Sequence record: SRR31156797_3598
Direction: 5' to 3' (one strand)
Length of the DNA: 64,000 bases
Positions within the stretch are counted from its first letter, which is position 1. Every line of letters starts with the position of its first letter. The notes under the pieces were generated by a model. It was not told the origin of the DNA. It made no database searches and saw only the letters and a list, made by a program, of their open reading frames with translations. A program made the translations under genes and the position numbers. This document shows, piece by piece, positions 61,136 to 64,000 of the stretch.

Positions 61136-61444
61136 TTATGCACTCTGTTTTTTGAAATATATAGTATATCCCAGTGCTGAAAGTATCTCTTTAAGTGTTT
61201 TGAGCTTTGGGTTACCTTTGCCGGAAAGAGTTTTATAAAGTGACTCTCTTGATAAGCCTGTAAACTCAGATAATTTGGCAAAACCTATACCTGCTTGAAC
61301 AACTTGTCTTATGGCTAAAAGAAGTTCTGCTTCATCTCCATTTTCAACATAATCCTCGACAGCTATGTCAAGGTATTGTGCCCTGTCTTCAGGTGTAGAA
61401 AGCTCTTCTTGAATGAGGCTATCAAGTGTTCTATAAGTTCTCAT
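61136..61444 (-). CDS. Addiction module antidote protein (HigA-like HTH)
   Basis: LSEFTGLSRESLYKTLSGKGNPKLKTL; GGAG RBS before MRTYR. Confidence 0.88.
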   Translation of the reverse strand: MRTYRTLDSLIQEELSTPEDRAQYLDIAVEDYVENGDEAELLLAIRQVVQAGIGFAKLSEFTGLSRESLYKTLSGKGNPKLKTLKEILSALGYTIYFKKQSA

Positions 61445-61751
61445 TGTAATCTCTCCATAAAAGCTTTGCAGACTCGATATCTTTGCTCTGAGTCTTCTTG
61501 TTACCACCACATAGCAGAATGACTATTTTATCATCTTTTATGCCGTAATAAACCCTATAGCCGCCTCCATAAGTGAAGCGTAGTTCGTATACATAGTCAC
61601 CGACTGATTTATGATCTCCTAAGTTACCAAGCTTGATTCTATCAAGCCTTTTCAATACCCTCTTTCGATCGATATTATCTAAGCTTTTTACCCAGTCTTT
61701 GAACGGCTCTTTTCCATCTTCAGTTTGATAAATTATGATTTCATATGTCAT
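61431..61751 (-). CDS. RelE/ParE (HigB-like) addiction module killer protein
   Basis: GNLGDHKSVG, ELRFTYGGGYRVYY, LLCGGNKKTQSKDI. Confidence 0.9.
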   Translation of the reverse strand: MTYEIIIYQTEDGKEPFKDWVKSLDNIDRKRVLKRLDRIKLGNLGDHKSVGDYVYELRFTYGGGYRVYYGIKDDKIVILLCGGNKKTQSKDIESAKLLWRDYNENL

Positions 61752-61970
61752 ATATAAATGTAGTCTTTAGGATACATTTTGTCAATAAGTTTAGTTGCAC
61801 TATGTCACTATAAATTGTAATAAAGGTTGTATGATTCTACAAATTGGTAAGTATGTTGTAATTTTGGGATCGTTATAATGTGTTATAATCACTTGAATAG
61901 GAGTTGTGTTTTAAGTTTTGCAGAAATGCCAATAGGTTCTGCACATGAGAAATGAAAAAGGATAATATAA

Positions 61971-64000
61971 TTGAGTGTAAGTGAAGATTTTAAATTAAAC
62001 TTTTGGGACGAGTATTATTGGGTAAGAAGCTTGTTATTCTCTAGTGGTAAGAAGATTTTTGAGATATTTATAATATTGATCATTTTGTTATTGTTTGTGA
62101 TGTTTTATATCTACAGAGTTGAGTTAAGAGAACTTTTGTTACCATTTATTAAGAGTTCTGATCAACAATCTAATTTACGCATTATTTTTATTACTCTAGG
62201 TTCAACCCTTGCTGGTACAACAGCGATTATATTTTCATTAGTTACGTTTGCGCTACAAATTAATGTTGATAAGTTACCAAATGGATTATTCAGGAAGGTA
62301 AGTACAGATAAAAAGATTTTGATTACATATATGACATCATTTCTTTTATCGATTTCAATAATATTTCTATCACTTATAGATATCCATAAATATGTTCATT
62401 ATCTGTGTGCTATTACGATTACTGCTATTCTTTTAGTTATTTACTTACTATACAGCAGTTATAAAAGAGCCCTCTATATTATTAATCCTCATAACCAAAT
62501 TCAATTGCTATACAATGATACTGCACATAATTTTAAACTCATTCAGAAGCATGCTGATAGAATATCTCCAATGTTTGAATCTGAAGATTTAGAGTCTCAA
62601 CCACAAGATATGCCTAGAGTTCGGTATTTTATTAAATTCCACGATTGGAATCTATTTGCTAGCCACGCAATCCATCATGCCAATGCTTTTCATAAACGTT
62701 ATTCAGAGATTGGTGATTACGAAGTATCTAAGACTGCTCTTGATGTTGTTGCGTATATCAACGTTAACTACGTCAAAGTAAAAGGTAAAACATTCTTTAA
62801 TTCAGAAGGGTTCTTTGATAACCCCTACACTGGAGACAAGTTTATAAATGAAACCCTAGAGATGTTGCGCCAAAACATTCACCTTGCGATCTCTAAGCGA
62901 GACGAATACCAGATTGAACAGAATTTCAATGCTCTCTTTGCAATGTGCACATTGTATTACTCAATTGACTATGGAAAAGATTACTACAGTACAAAACACC
63001 ATGCTGAGTTAGCAGCTACATATTTAGCTGATGCCGTAGAGTCGCTTATCCCGCACGATATGGCAGACTTACTTATGACTGGGGTACGTCTACTTGGCAG
63101 GGTGGCTATCATGGATATGCAGTATACAATTGTTGAACTTGCTCCAATGCCGGCTAAGAGGATATACAGTATCTCAATGGTATCTGCTCTAAAGAAAGAG
63201 TATCACCCAGTATTAAAAACAGGTATCGAGCAGTTTGCAAGTATTACAATAGCGTTGTTAAATACAAAGTCGTCTGATATTCAGCATGCCTCTAAGGATA
63301 TACGCAACTACATGGCTGACATTACAAAAAACTTTATTCAGTTTAATGCTGGCAGCATTTCTGATGCAAGTGTGTTGTTTGATGCTTATTACACCAATTT
63401 ACCAATATTGCAGTTTCCTGTCCTTGTTGAAATGCTCTATATCGACTCTGTCAATGAAGACGAGAAGGCAACATTGACTCGAAACTTTATTCTGTGGTCT
63501 GAACAAATTTATTCGTTTGAAAAAGACCTTTTGTTATTCACTATTCAGCAAAAGTCTAATTTCTTCTTTAGTGTTTCTCACTGGATTACTGGTGTTGCTA
63601 AGATGTTAATAGAAGTTACTAATTCACCCGGTTGTTCTGAAACAGATAAGGAAGATTTAAATAGAAACATTGAATGGTTAATATATGTTTTTGACTGGAT
63701 TCCAAAAGAACAAGAATCAATGAGTTTTGTAGAAAACTATAATGTTCATGAAAGCCTTTTTGAGGTTGGCTACTTTGCTCATAAAAATGAGAATGAAGAG
63801 ATCGCAGGCGTTGTTGGAAAGTTACTATTGGAGTGGGCTTTTAGGGCAGGGATCTTTGATTCAAGAATGGCTTCTTTTGAAAGAGGCTTGTATGTATCGA
63901 CAGCTTTGTCTTATGAAATGGATCGGCTCGATAGTTTCATCTCTGATTTAAGAAATGTAATGGCAACAGATAATATACCAAGCAGAGAGAGAAGGCTTAG
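61971..64000 (+). CDS. Large hypothetical membrane protein (DUF2254-like N-terminal TM block), truncated by window end
   Basis: TTG start after AAGGA; frame spot-checked open to 64000 (at least 676 codons); about 4 N-terminal TMs then a helical soluble region; absent from ORF track because it has no stop. Confidence 0.75.
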   Translation, partial: MSVSEDFKLNFWDEYYWVRSLLFSSGKKIFEIFIILIILLLFVMFYIYRVELRELLLPFIKSSDQQSNLRIIFITLGSTLAGTTAIIFSLVTFALQINVDKLPNGLFRKVSTDKKILITYMTSFLLSISIIFLSLIDIHKYVHYLCAITITAILLVIYLLYSSYKRALYIINPHNQIQLLYNDTAHNFKLIQKHADRISPMFESEDLESQPQDMPRVRYFIKFHDWNLFASHAIHHANAFHKRYSEIGDYEVSKTALDVVAYINVNYVKVKGKTFFNSEGFFDNPYTGDKFINETLEMLRQNIHLAISKRDEYQIEQNFNALFAMCTLYYSIDYGKDYYSTKHHAELAATYLADAVESLIPHDMADLLMTGVRLLGRVAIMDMQYTIVELAPMPAKRIYSISMVSALKKEYHPVLKTGIEQFASITIALLNTKSSDIQHASKDIRNYMADITKNFIQFNAGSISDASVLFDAYYTNLPILQFPVLVEMLYIDSVNEDEKATLTRNFILWSEQIYSFEKDLLLFTIQQKSNFFFSVSHWITGVAKMLIEVTNSPGCSETDKEDLNRNIEWLIYVFDWIPKEQESMSFVENYNVHESLFEVGYFAHKNENEEIAGVVGKLLLEWAFRAGIFDSRMASFERGLYVSTALSYEMDRLDSFISDLRNVMATDNIPSRERRL

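Larger units (their letters stand above)
53565..64000. mobile_element. tRNA-Pro-anchored genomic island region; right boundary lies outside the window
   Basis: Follows tRNA, visibly AT-rich, att-like repeat, integrase, xis-like, rep-like and TA genes. Confidence 0.8.

Noticed and set aside
63286-63951. Two short + strand ORFs in the track
   Set aside because: Out-of-frame overlaps within the long ORF starting at 61971.
1-64000. CRISPR array, rRNA, IS transposase, reverse transcriptase
   Set aside because: No regularly spaced repeats or matching motifs seen by eye; short or degenerate arrays could have been missed.

Overview
Bacterial chromosomal window; gene content suggests a Deferribacterota (Denitrovibrio-like) organism, but that is inference only. 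About 1-53.5 kb is core genome. It holds a divergent type II secretion cluster (gspGHIJKLMN on -, a CPBP/CAAX intramembrane protease plus gspCDEF on +), then lepA-lepB-pyrH-frr-uppS-cdsA-dxr-rseP. Next come a large flagellin with a small unannotated downstream ORF, xth, NUDIX, PilZ, two MCPs, trmB, rpmB, a His-less sensor kinase, recJ-rel, recCBD, a PAS-GGDEF protein and transporters. An AT-rich accessory region starts at tRNA-Pro(TGG) (53512-53585). It begins with a 1.9-kb integrase-less two-gene cassette (GNAT-like plus unknown protein) bounded by a degenerate copy of the tRNA 3' end and terminator. It continues with an AAA/DUF4143 gene, an int-xis-rep module, an HTH gene, a RelE/HigA-type TA pair and a large membrane protein running off the window. 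Best candidates for undescribed biology: the tRNA-anchored GNAT cassette, the T2SS-embedded sorting protease, and a putative sigma28-driven operon encoding a tail-anchored GNAT-like protein. No CRISPR array or rRNA seen.
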